Source: a virus
Length of the DNA stretch: 64,000 nt
IMG/VR virus record: IMGVR_UViG_3300034683_000333
Strand: one strand, 5' to 3'
In this document: positions 42,233 through 54,777 of the stretch, piece after piece
How the letters are laid out: each line of letters starts with the position of its first letter
Numbering within the stretch: position 1 is the stretch's first letter
The notes under the pieces: generated by a model
What the model saw: the letters and a program-made list of their open reading frames with translations, nothing else
Databases searched by the model: none
Told to the model about the DNA's origin: nothing
Position numbers and translations under genes: made by a program

Positions 42233-45200
42233 ATGCTTGCATATTTTAAGGTTTACTGGGATTTAGAATATACCGGATTTCCATCGAGTTCATACAGTAA
42301 ATTGGAGAAAATTTATATTTACGAACCAATTCCAGATATCAACATGAGTATCCAGGAACTATGCGACTGGTTAAACGAGAAAAAAGAACGAACGAATACA
42401 AAAGTTGTTCTCGATAAGTATTATTATGGAATTCTTCTGGCAAACTTTTATATGTACCCATTTGAACCAGGCTACATTTACGGATTCATTTCGTTCGTAA
42501 ATCCCATCAAAAATGCCACAATTCGTGGGATTTGGACAAAATCATTGAAGATGTTTGATCATAATGTTATCAAAACAGAAATCGACAGTTAGAATAAAGA
42601 CTTTCTCGTTAAATTAGATGATTTTATTGAATATGACCATACAATACTAAGAGATCTTAATTATTCAAAATGGTATATTTTGTCAAAACAATTCAATGCT
42701 GGTGGTTCAGAAGGATATCTTAAACTAAATTATCAATACGATTTTAGCAAACCAGGAGAAAATTGGTATTACAACACAATAGCAACAAATAAATGGAACC
42801 TATTGGAACTGAACGATATTACAATATCAAACATTACTATTGAACCATTGTCAATTTATAAAGGATATCCAATCATCCCAACCAATCTTATCGACAAATC
42901 TACATGGGAAGTGTCGGATGAAACAACACGGGTGGATTTGGTTAGTTCTTCAATTGAAAATCCACAAAACAAAGTATTTTTGGGTATCGATCCACGAAAA
43001 TTATCTGAATTTAATCGTTGGTTGAGAAGTTTTTGGCTGAATAAAATTTATACTCCACCTAGTTACATAATTATTGAAGAACAAGAAACGGCTGAATTTC
43101 AATGGCTATCCGGTGTAAATGGCGTTTTATTGGATCATTTTATTGTAAAAGCAGATTTTACAACAAACGACATTTCCTTTACATCACTTTTATCAGATGA
43201 TGATTATACTCATATTCCTATTGATCTTTTAGCAAGCGATCTCTACGCAACGGATCGAACATATTCAGAACGTCACTTTACATCACCCATTGCTTTGGAT
43301 GAAGAAGCAATGAAGAGATTGCCAACATATTTTTATGATATGGGTGAATAGCAAAATGAAAAAAATCATCACTATCTATGGGAAACCAACCACGTTCTTG
43401 ATAATTGGTTTTCCAAGGAACGATCCATCGAAGACTATACGGATACGGCAGACTGGATGGTAAACCAAAACAATGCCGTATAGTCCCTCGACGTTACCAC
43501 CTTCAATTGGTTTCAAAAGGTCCATAGTCGATTTCGTCCATTCTGGTCTGATTCCTGGGCCGTAGGAGATATTTCGAGTGCTCAACCCCATTTTTAGGTG
43601 TTTTACAACCTGCGATGGATGGACCAAACCTCCCTGGATCTACTCAATTCCATCAACTGGAATCCACGAGACGTACAATGGTGGGTTGAAAACATCCATA
43701 TTCTTCCCCAAATAAAATTTCATCAGCGATGGTTCATGTGGGAAATCGACGGAACCGACATGAACATCGTCAATAAAAACATCCACACATTCGATGATTT
43801 GCATCCCGTTCAAATAATCGACAATTCCAGTATGGTTCTCCGAGATTGGAACATTGTATTCAATGCCAACGATTCGACCCAAAATTACGTTCTTGTAGAA
43901 AAAACCTGGGAATGGAATCATTCGTGGGAGTTTGAAACCACGGATTCCACGTTTGCTTCAAAACCTAAACAAACTCTCCTCTTAAACCTCAATTTTTACG
44001 ACGACAACACCACACACCTTTTCGATGCAACTCACCTAGTTTCCGATGTAACATTCTCATTTGGATTTGGAGATTCTTCAAATCTTGATTCCACATTTTA
44101 TGAAAATCTAATTACGCAAAAACTTTATGAACAGGATAGCTCCGTTTTCTTCGCTTGGCAGTTCCTTTCGTCAATGTACTTAAATTTTGATGAACCGTTT
44201 AGTGTAAACGAAATTTATTCTAACGATAATTCCACATTCATTTTTCCAGTATCCGTTCCACATATGGATCTAACTCAAATAAACTTTCCTGATACAACAA
44301 TGGATCACCCAACGCTTGGGTTGATTCTTTACAATCTACACGGAATTGAGTTTAAAACGGAAGTAGAACAATTTTTGTTGTGTATCAATTTGATGCACCC
44401 GATTACAAGTGGTTATGTATCCAACCAAAATGGAACATAGATAAGTCATAACAAGTAGCCGTGGGTCATACAATTCAACAATCTTGATCGTCCAGTCTAT
44501 AACGGGCGACGATATGACATGCTCTATCAGAAATCCCTGACAACCAACAAGCCAACAAGTCGTGATGTTACATACATAAACTGGGATATGACGGACATCA
44601 ACGATCCACAACCAAAACCAGTTGTTGACTAGACATTTGATAAGTGGCTCATTGTTCCGTATTCTGATGGAAAATATGACGCATTGGCTGTTTATGAAGA
44701 TTATCCAAGTGATGTGACGAACTACTATAGTATGTCATTGTACGAGGCGTCTCAAGGATGGAGATTTTCAATTATTGTTCTTTACTCTACCGAAGATTCT
44801 TCAGTTGCGTTATCAAATAGTGGTTTTGTTGATGATGCATATAAAAAAGTCACGATTTCGAAAATCAACAACCCCAATTAGAAAATCCGATTTGTCGCTC
44901 CCAACATGTAGATCGTGAGAGATCCTGGTAAGCAAGAATATTACGTCGATCCTACAAGAACCATCGGTAAAATAACATTTTTTGAAAACACGCAAATTCT
45001 TTGCGATGATATCCACGATTACTTCAATGAAATTGGAGTATCACCCGTTTTCATAAGCGATGGTACTACATTTGATATACCAACCCCAAATTATGCATTT
45101 GGAAAAAAATTTACTGATTTTACAGGAAAACTTTATAACATCGACCAAACGACACAAGTAATAAAAGAATTATCTGGTAAAAGTATCGCCAATAAGCTTT

Positions 45201-46789
45201 TTAACTAGAGTTCATTGGATTCAACAAGCCTATGGAAGCTTGAAGCGATTACTGCCCCGATGAATAACCTCGCTATTCGAATGTACCACCGTTAGTTCGC
45301 TTGGGCTTCACAATAGGATGCATTTAACTACCCACAACAACATTTGAGACAGGCAAATGCTTTCGTCGGTATGTTAAGTGATTCACACGTTTATCTATCT
45401 TAGTATCCAATGAATAGAAATTACATTGTACGTGGCAATGGAGTTCGTAATCCATTGATTTATCCTAATACAGGAGAAAAAAATCCAAGCGCTTATTATT
45501 ATGACTATGACTATTATTATTCATTACCAATGACATTTGCTTATTATGATAAAATAGAAGATACATTAACAACAAAATCAAATAATACAATGGAATCTTG
45601 GATTTCTTGGATTCTACTCTTATATGGAAAGAGAATAGTTAAATTCAACGAAAAATACACTGATAAAACTAGTTATGTAATATATGAAAATGGTTCTATT
45701 GGTTCACCACTTCAAAAAGTCGATGTAACAACTAACATTCCAATAAAATAGCACGATAGTTCAATATCATATCCAATGATTTTGTCAACAGATAATTTTG
45801 ATACATCAACGACAATTTATCAATCAAAAAATATTATACACGGAGCACCATTTATTGATTTAACGGCTGTACTTTCAAATATAAACTACGGCGAATCGTT
45901 TAGTGCTAACCAATATAATGGATCACTTTTCATTAACGAAAATGTACTCCGATTTGATGCAACATATGAACAATTGCTAACTCCTACAAACATCGTGGGA
46001 TTAAGTAGCGGAAACTACATTTTTGCGGCATTGTGGTCGAATGTTACTTCAACACAAAATGCTCATACACCAAACTACTTTTTACAAATAATGCATCAAA
46101 ACACTATCTCCGGTGCTTATACCCTTTAGGATGTAGCTCATCCAAAGACAGAACTTCTCTCACACGAAAATCCAAGTGTAGACATGCTTGAAAACTCGAA
46201 TACAGGATATTTCAGTAAGTAGTATGCTATGTTTCGTTTGAATGCACAATCATCTGATAGATTGTTAACATCAGAATATTTTGATGATTTAAATTACTGG
46301 GTATATGATATTGGATATTGGGGTAGTGATATAGAGACTTATAATAATAATGAAATTATAGAAAAAGCAACAACTTTGCCACCTGGAAAATGTATGCTAA
46401 TTCAAAAAGATCTACCAAATATTCTTTTTGATGATGAAAATGATCTTGATGTATAGTATTATGGAGTTATCGACTCTTCAGGAAATGTATATTGTGCCAC
46501 AACAAACAATTATGGTGATGCATATTAGGCAAGCACAATTGACTTAAATGAATTTATTGCTCGTGGCGTTCAAGATAATATTGATAGAAATGATCCAAAT
46601 CTTGACTCAGACGATGATTAGAGGATGAAATGGTTCTACAGCATTGTCGATGAAACTGAAGAGTATGTACAGAATTTTATAAATATTGTAAAAAATTAGA
46701 ATATTCCACCAAAAACCGGAAACTTATATATGATTCTTCCTTATTCCGAGTATCTAAGTAAGAAAATGATAAAATATTTGATTGAGTAA
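42233..46789 (+). CDS. Large putative tail/baseplate protein, 1518 aa, about 20 in-frame TAG
   Basis: Eight track ORFs and the gaps between them share one frame with only TAG interruptions. GAGGG SD. Ends TAA 46787, then a terminator. Confidence 0.75.
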
Positions 46790-46797
46790 ATAGAATG

Positions 46798-46840
46798 TGG
46801 TGGTGGGATGAGAATTAAGCCCACCACCATTTTTTTTTTT
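46798..46840. terminator. Terminator between convergent virion genes
   Basis: TGGTGGTGGG...CCCACCACCA followed by a long T run. Confidence 0.75.
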
Positions 46841-46842
46841 AC

Positions 46843-47931
46843 TTAGATTAGATCTGATTCGTCATTGAATCGATCATAAACAACTGAATCCATGATAACT
46901 TCATTTGTATACTTTAGCGGTTTCAACCAAGGATTTGTTTGTTCAGTAACAACTGATGTAAGTCCACTTAAGTTAGTTTCACTTGAAAAAAGACCATGTT
47001 TTTCCAATAAAATTTTTCCAATCGACCACTGAAAAAGATCTTGATTTCCTTCCAATTGAACAACCAATTCTTTAAAAATATTATACTTATGAGAAGAAAA
47101 AACAACTTGTGAACCAGCATTTCCCCTTTTAAATGCCGTTGGAACATGAAGCATACGGTAGGTGGTTCCAGATCGTGTGATCACGGTTGAATTGTTTGCA
47201 AAAACCACCCAGTCGTGACCAACGAATGCACCCTGAAGAAACGATTGCAAATTACTACTCGATGGTTCAACGGTGAATGCGGTTTCGGAATTCTCAAGAA
47301 GGGATTTAGTAGCTTCAAAATCCCACGAATAGAATCCAACATTCGATACATCGAGATAAAATGTCCACTGCATCCGATCCAAAATTTGATAAGTTTGAAA
47401 GACAGTCCATGGTTCACCCACGGAAATTAAAGTTGCTTCTAGAGACGCCAGAGTGGAATCATCACCCAAGGAAATTGATTGGAGCTTGGTCGTCCTTGTG
47501 CCGTCCCACCCAGCAAGAACCCAATTATCTGTTGTCTATGATAGATGGAGCGGGGTTTTTGATTTGACGAACGAGACCGTCTTGGAAGAATCGGTGCTAT
47601 CCAGAAAAAACCTACATTCGTCGTATTCAGAAATGAGAAACGACAAGATTTGACTGTTGTTTATCTGAAACGATGCAAAGAAAAGATTTTTATCTGTATC
47701 GTTCCACAACTTTAAGAGTTCCATTCGATCAACGATTAATGTTTCTGGGCATTTAAATGATTTGTACGCACCAGAAAGTGCTTCAGCAGTTATATAAAGT
47801 TGATTATTGTTTACCAAAATACAATTACAATATAAATCTCCAAATGGATAAACTTCACACAAGTGTGTTACGTCAGAATAAAAATGTTCATCAATCTATT
47901 GCGTTAAAAAGTTGTGCCAAAGGAATTTCAT
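46843..47931 (-). CDS. Putative virion protein, 362 aa, 2 in-frame TAG
   Basis: GGAGG SD and ATG 47931. Joins track ORFs 47536-47862 and 46843-47469. Confidence 0.65.
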
Positions 47932-47946
47932 TCGGCATCCTCCATA

Positions 47947-50256
47947 TTATATTGTCGCATCCTTACTTGCTATAATTTCCTGTAATTCACGATTACCAAT
48001 TACAAATCGAAGAGCAATATCTTCCGATGTTAGCTTCTTAAAATGTAACTTCAATTGATCCAAATTTTTTAATAGCCGTTCTAAATACAAATTTTTCTCA
48101 TCTACTGATTTATCAATAACAATGTAAAGAAGTTTCAAAATATCTGCATCCGTAAGGTTTTCACTTGATACGAGTTCAAAACCAAGACCATATTCATATA
48201 ACAAGTTTACTGGTATGCTAACCGTTTTTCCGCCATGAAAATCAAATCGAATCAACCGTTGTGTTAATTGATTATCCATCTGATGAAGCTTAAATTCGAG
48301 TTTCCATTGGTTCCTCGTATCGTCCCGATGAATCATGATTTTTGATAACTCTAGAACATCTCCATCCATTGCCGTTTTAAGAAAAAGAAGACCGTCATAA
48401 TCCACATAGAATGTGTTGGGTTGATCGGCATGAATCGGGACAATCTGAAAATTGGTTTTATCAGCAATGATATTCAATTGTCTGTTCCCATTTTGATTTC
48501 TTAATGCGAAAAGGTAAGAAGGAACTTTATTTTTCCACGAAATCTTTGCAAGTGAAGTATTGTCCAACGGGGTTGACACAAAACCCGTGTCTTCCTAGAG
48601 GCCGTAACATTGCTCACTGGAATCCAAGACCATTTTGGGCTGGGCACGTGACAAAAGACTTTGATCTTCAATCTCCGAAAGATTTTGTCCCGATGACCAT
48701 GTTTCCATCGTTACCTGAGCGCTCTTAATAGAATCAACAAAAACGGGATGAAATACGTAAGATTGTATATCAATAAATCCAAGTTCTTTCCATATGTCCA
48801 TAATATACGTAATGGCAGATGAATCTCTCTAGCTTGTTGTCTACTGAGAGTTTGTGTAATGATAAGGTACTGTATTTAATGCAATTAAAGTCTCGAAGCT
48901 ATAATAAGATTTATAGTTCTAAATGGTACCATCAGTGCTTGTATAATCAGTTTCATTTAAAATATTTTCAAGTGATTTTGTAATATAAGCCGATGTAACA
49001 AGTAATTTAATACTTTCTTCATCGTTTGTTGGATAAAGTGTATCTGGTAAAAGGAGCGACACTGGTTTTTGGCTTCTAATAAAATCCAAAGATAATTCAA
49101 CATTTAACATATCATCAAGTTGACCGGGTGTTGCATCTGGAAAAATGGAATATAACATGTTTGAGATATCCATCATGTCGAATGTGTAATACAAAATAGT
49201 GTCTTTCTAATATGAAATTCCAACTTTATCCCCATCACGTGTAAAATTCATAACCTATCTCGGACTTATGGTATGCTAAGTATATGGAAAATCACTCCGT
49301 TTTACAAAGCAACATTCATAATCTTTAGATGATAATGCCCTACTATTGCTCATCTTACAAATTGGAAATAACCACGAAAGAGCATTGGATGTAATGTCAT
49401 AAACGTCCTTAAAGTATGTATCAACAACTGTTGTAAATTTAAAATAATCATCAAAATCGTAATTATATAAATATTCAATTGCTAAGTTGGTGTGGTAGTC
49501 CAATTTCTCAGTACCGTCAACAGCAAACCAGCTAACAACTTTCATTTTATCTGAATCTGGTTCAAGATAACAATCAAAAAGAGATTGACCTAGATATTTC
49601 ATATCACCAAAATACAAGCTGTAAATTGGGTAAAGAGCTAAGTTTGGTTTCCAATCATCCTGCTTTCCAATTGCGCCTAGAAAAACGACAATATGATCAT
49701 TTACGGTACCGGTGTTTTTAATTGCATATAACAATTCATGAGGAAGCGCTTCCTTAACTTCTAAAACTTCATGTGTTTCAATGTTAAGCTTTACAGCAAT
49801 TGGCTTAAGTGAGTCAAATATGTATTTAGGTATCACACTTCCTTTACTTGCTTTATGAATGAGCTTTTTATCTATAATTAACTAATTATAATACAACTAG
49901 TAAGTGTCTTCAGTCACATATTTAAGCATCTATTTTGATTTATCATTAAACAATGAAATCGTCTATGCTGGCTCTTGTTCATAATTCAATAAAAGTTTAG
50001 CATACCAGTCTAAATAGACGGCACCAGGAGAACAAAAAACGTCAGTTAGCTTGTTGACAAACACACCATTGGAATATAAAATGAAGTCGTCGTTTTCAAA
50101 GAGTTTAAGCGTTTTTGTGAAGTCCCACACATCAACATTATCCATGACTGGGGTAGATTCATAAAATTCATTCCATTTAGATAATGACGTGGGAAGTTCG
50201 AAGTTTATATAGGACTATTTCGGTAAAAGCGTTCTAAAATAAAACGGAGAAAGCAT
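47947..50256 (-). CDS. Putative virion protein, 769 aa, about 12 in-frame TAG
   Basis: AAGGAG SD and ATG 50256. Joins five track ORFs. Ends TAA. CACTAATTT motif at 50290-50298. Confidence 0.7.
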
Positions 50257-50322
50257 TATAGTTGTTCTCCTTATCTCAAAAGTTTTGATAAATTAGTGAC
50301 CTTTAGGAGGATTGATACCAGA

Positions 50323-50412
50323 ATGTGGTTTTTTGTTTTGGGTGTTCTGAGTGGATTGGTTATTGGACATTTAATGGTAATTAAAATAAGCATAGAGGAA
50401 AATAAAAAATGA
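50323..50412 (+). CDS. 29-aa single-TM membrane peptide
   Basis: AGGAGG SD. MWFFVLGVLSGLVIGHLMVIKISIEENKK. Below the ORF-track cutoff. Confidence 0.55.
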   Translation: MWFFVLGVLSGLVIGHLMVIKISIEENKK

Positions 50413-50540
50413 TATATGTTTTTACTCTTTTATACATAATAGGATATGTGATTGGATTGTTTATTGCTTGGTATTTTGATCGTGATCTTTTATTGTATAA
50501 GCACGAAAGAAAAATAGGTAAAAGTAGGATTTATGTGTAA
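50409..50540 (+). CDS. 43-aa single-TM membrane peptide
   Basis: ATGA overlap with the previous peptide. MIYVFTLLYIIGYVIGLFIAWYFDRDLLLYKHERKIGKSRIYV. Confidence 0.5.
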   Translation: MIYVFTLLYIIGYVIGLFIAWYFDRDLLLYKHERKIGKSRIYV

Positions 50541-50548
50541 AAAAAAAA

Positions 50549-50570
50549 GTGGGGGACCATGATCCCCCAC
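50549..50570. terminator. Intrinsic terminator
   Basis: GTGGGGGA-CCATGA-TCCCCCAC with a T run on the minus strand. Confidence 0.7.
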
Positions 50571-50580
50571 TCAACAAAAA

Positions 50581-52866
50581 TTAGACCAACGTAAATTTAA
50601 AAAACCTTCTCTATTGTCCGTAATGTTCTCTTATGTTACCATAACTAACTATATACCAGTCTGTTGTGAAATTAAGGGTACCTGCGTATGGTCTTAAATC
50701 AATTAGAAAGGGTCTTGATACATTGTTAAAATCGATATGTTGCCAACCACCGTCATTCCACCAAATTTCAAGATTTAGAGTGCTAACGGGATAAAAGAAT
50801 AACATCAGAAAATCGAACGCCTCTCCTGGATTGAAATAAGAAACAAGTGCACCTTTTCCGGGGTTCTGCAAATTACCATAGGTAATATCTTTGATATTCC
50901 ACCGTGAATTACTTACAGTTTCGATGATTGTTGTATCACTACACGCATATACAGTTCCATATTCCAATAGTTTAATTTCATCAGCAAAATTTGGTAGAAC
51001 CTGTCGTATCTACGGAGTTGCATTAGTATACATATCCATATAAGTCTAATCAACTAATGGAAAACCATCAAAACCATTATAGTAACCGCCTGTAAACTTA
51101 GTATACGTACCACCGAACACAACAAACTTTTTGTCGTCTACCTGAACAACACGCTGTCCATAAGCGGGACGAAAGTCAAATTGATACTGTGAAAGTTTAT
51201 TATTCATGACATCTAATCTGCTAATGGTATTAGAAAGTATCGACTTCGTGAAAAAATCATTATAAGATGGTTGAATCCCTTCTTTAACTTGTGCAACGGC
51301 TTTCCAAGCGGTCCAACCATCAAACGTACCGTCGGCGGAATTGTAACAACGTGGAATAATGGCGTAAGCAGGATCAATACAAATTGCTATCCTTGACATT
51401 GGACTATACCAAGGATCGCCATTTTCGTAATTCGCTATATCAACGACTGTTTGATCACTCCATTCATACTCCTTAATCGTCCAAGCCAATTCACCACTAC
51501 TAACCTGATCCGTGAAGTAAATGATATACACATCAGAAGAGGATATTGAGTTAGTCTCCGTTGCCAGAAAAGAGCGACCACCAAAATTATTATAATTATA
51601 TAAAGTTCCATCCTATGTCATAACTGACATGCCAGTATATGTCGAATAACCATAGGCATATGCTGTTTTTCCTTCATCATAATAAGTTCCAGATGAATTA
51701 TAGTTGCAAAATGGACCACCACCAAAATAAACATACCCAGCACCATTTTCTACATTAAAATCATGTGTATAACATTTAGAGACTAAGGCCCCATATTTAC
51801 CGGTTGTATAATCTGTCATGCTAGATACTACAGTACGATCTGTTGATTCATTCAACGTTAACTGAAGCTGGTGGTGCATGATGGAAGTTCCGTCGGCAGG
51901 ATTCAAACCACCATTTATATAAATTTTAATATCGGCGGTTTTATATAGTGATAATATTGGCCCAATGGATGGGTATGGATTAGTCCAATCAGTAGAATTA
52001 TCACTGTTCTTGACAATTGTGTAACTAGAAGTATCAAGAGAATATGCATATAAAAATTGATTTACTGTATTATCATCTTGATACCAGCCACCAGCCATAT
52101 ATAAACTATTGTTATATGGTACCTAAATGATATCATGCTTTGCAAGTGGAATACCAGTGTTAATTATTGTATAAGAACTTGGATTATTTTTTACATCTGG
52201 AAAAACAATTAGTTCATCACTTATATTTCCACTGGCGTCATATCCACCATGTACATACATTCTCGTTCCATCATAACATGCGGCGTGCCACTTGTTAATC
52301 ACAACATCCATCGGGGCGGAATAACAACCATAACATTTTGTATCAAAATAAATATTACCATCCTAATCTTCCTGTTTTATCGTCTTGAAGGTCATAAGTG
52401 TTGCATTTGGACTATCCGAGTGTTCAACGTAAACAGAACTAGTTACAGGATTCTTATAGTCATCGGTATCAGTATAATGATACATCTCATCTTCTTGAAC
52501 AGTTAGATTCTGTACTTTAGGACTTACATCGAAAACCCACACATCAGTTGAATCCAAGCTTACACACAAAATCCACGTTCGATTATTTGGGATAAATTTA
52601 GTGGAACTATATATATATCCACCAGTAACAATAAATGATTTGACTTTATGGTTTAAGTAGGTTTGTGTTCCTCCAATTTCGTGTACATGTTGCATACATA
52701 TATTATCCACACCAAAAAGAGTTGAAAAATCAAACAAAACGACTTCGTTGGTATTTGAATTAAACACATAAAGGTTTGTATTTACCTAACTTGGGTCTGT
52801 TGAATGTAGTCCAACGTCTTTTCCATAAGTTGTGTCAACCTTAAGCTAAGCTCTATCGTATGCCAT
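50581..52866 (-). CDS. Kelch/beta-propeller protein, 761 aa, 8 in-frame TAG
   Basis: TAGGAG SD and ATG 52866. Kelch-like RMYVHGGY, LYMAGGW, YVYFGGG and FVVFGGT motifs. Ends TAA 50581. Confidence 0.7.
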
Positions 52867-52920
52867 TCTTTATTCTCCTAATTTAAGAAGTTTTATTTCA
52901 GTTTGTAATTAATAACCATA

Positions 52921-53532
52921 TCATAAACTCGAAACCATGGCTTTCCAGGCTCCCAAACCATCCTCTTTTACCCACACACCCTTGGTGGCATCAAAAATCC
53001 AAAGATCGCTAAACTGAATTTCATTTCCATTATCATCAAGACCCCACCCACCAAAAATTCCAAACCCACTGGGCGTTGGAAACCCACGTGCAAATACTCT
53101 AGGTTCCGGTTGTTCGCCACCAGCAATTTCAACAGTACTGTCATACTAAGACACACTAGATTCTTCATAATCTCCCCAATAATAAGTTCCACTAACGCTC
53201 TAGTAAATGATACGATTTGAAAGCCCTCCATTATCGACATCGAATCCCCCAAAGGCATAACCTTCAAATAAATATGATTGATAACTTAAATTCGTGCCCC
53301 ATATTGTATTGTTTCTTTTTACAACAATCGTTGTATGTAATAAATCACAAATATTTTTTGACGAGGGATTTCTGACTACACATTTTGTAAAGAATGATGG
53401 TGTGTTTTCTATATTTGGACCAACAATATTCTTTGAAAGTGTATCAAAATATATATACAAATTTTTTGAAAATAGTTTTGGATATGCAGGTACCAGGAAT
53501 GCACCCTTTTGAACTGGGATAATAATTGGCAT
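52921..53532 (-). CDS. Protein with a Kelch repeat, 203 aa, 2 in-frame TAG
   Basis: GGAGG SD. PEPRVFA...GIFGGWG...FSDLWIFDATKGVW. Ends TGA 52921. Confidence 0.65.
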
Positions 53533-53553
53533 AATGTTCCTCCAAGTATTTTA

Positions 53554-54759
53554 TTAAATTATTTGTTCGTCTTTAGAAGACATCTCAACAAATGAAACTA
53601 CCTTAATACCTTCAGATGTGAAAATGCTTAGTGGTAAACCAAAATCAACAAATATATAGCGACTCTCAGCCTCACTTTCCTCGACTGGTTGTACATTATT
53701 ACTAACAATAGTTAGAATACTATTTAGTGTTGGAAAATAAAGTCCTGGTAAATAATTATAAATTGTAAAATCAACTTTTGTGCTAAATGTTCCAACAAAA
53801 CCGTTTGTAAGATCATCACATTCAACACGAAAATGATAATCAACATCCTCTTTCATAGTAAAGGGATGTGCATATTGTCCAGTTGTAGAGTGGGTGTTTG
53901 AAAATAACGTCGTTCCATCAGAATCCACAAGTGAAACATTCAACTCGTGACTTGTTGTAACATCATAAGTAAGGACTTTATTAACAAAAAGGTGTGGTTC
54001 CTGTGAAGATAGGGTGTATTCCAGGACAACCGCACCGGATGGTGTATTGTCTGTATCAAAATTATAGGAAAGATCATAATGTTGCGTATCGGTTAGTTGA
54101 AATTGTGGATGATGAATGAAAAATAACGAAGAATCTTGGTATTGCTAAGATGTAATATCTGGTAATTTAAAAGAGTCAATAGAATAAGTACTATAAATGG
54201 TAGTGTTGTCACTTGTGTTTCGCTAAAATATAAGTAGCAGGTCATTTTCAAGATTAGAATTAATCGTTGATTCTGTATTGTCTCTAATATAAAACTTTCG
54301 TACTAAGTTAGAAGTTGTAGAATAATCGTAAGCAATTATATTGTAAAAGTTATCATATGTGGAATCAACTTTACCTGTTTTTATTGAATCATTATCCTCA
54401 TCACCACTGACTAACAAAACGAAAATTTGAGAAGAGTCTGTCCACGAAGCAACATTTTCGTGTTCTTGTAGTTCAAAGATTTCCTATTCGTCGAAATTAT
54501 AGAGATTTATGAGATTTGTGACATCCAACACACTCAATTTTTCAATGATAGCTTCGACATAAGTGACATCGGAAACGTTTCCGTGACCCGAAATGTTGTT
54601 TAGAACCCAAATCATAACTTGATCATTAATGTAATTATCTACTCTGATTTCATGTGTATCATCACTTTTAGTTACAAAACCAAAATCTTTCAGCGATGGT
54701 GTATAAGATTTGTATCCACGTGTAAGTGCTACATTTGTTATATCGAGTTTTACAGCCAT
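53554..54759 (-). CDS. Putative virion protein, 401 aa, 3 in-frame TAG
   Basis: Joins track ORFs 54484, 54223 and 53554. Ends TAA. Confidence 0.65.
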
Positions 54760-54777
54760 AGAGACATCCTTTTATTT

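Noticed and set aside
49874-49890. Further ACTAATT matches (also about 100, 238 and 1963)
   Set aside because: Inside a CDS or mobile element, or not oriented toward a gene start, so not counted as promoter sites.
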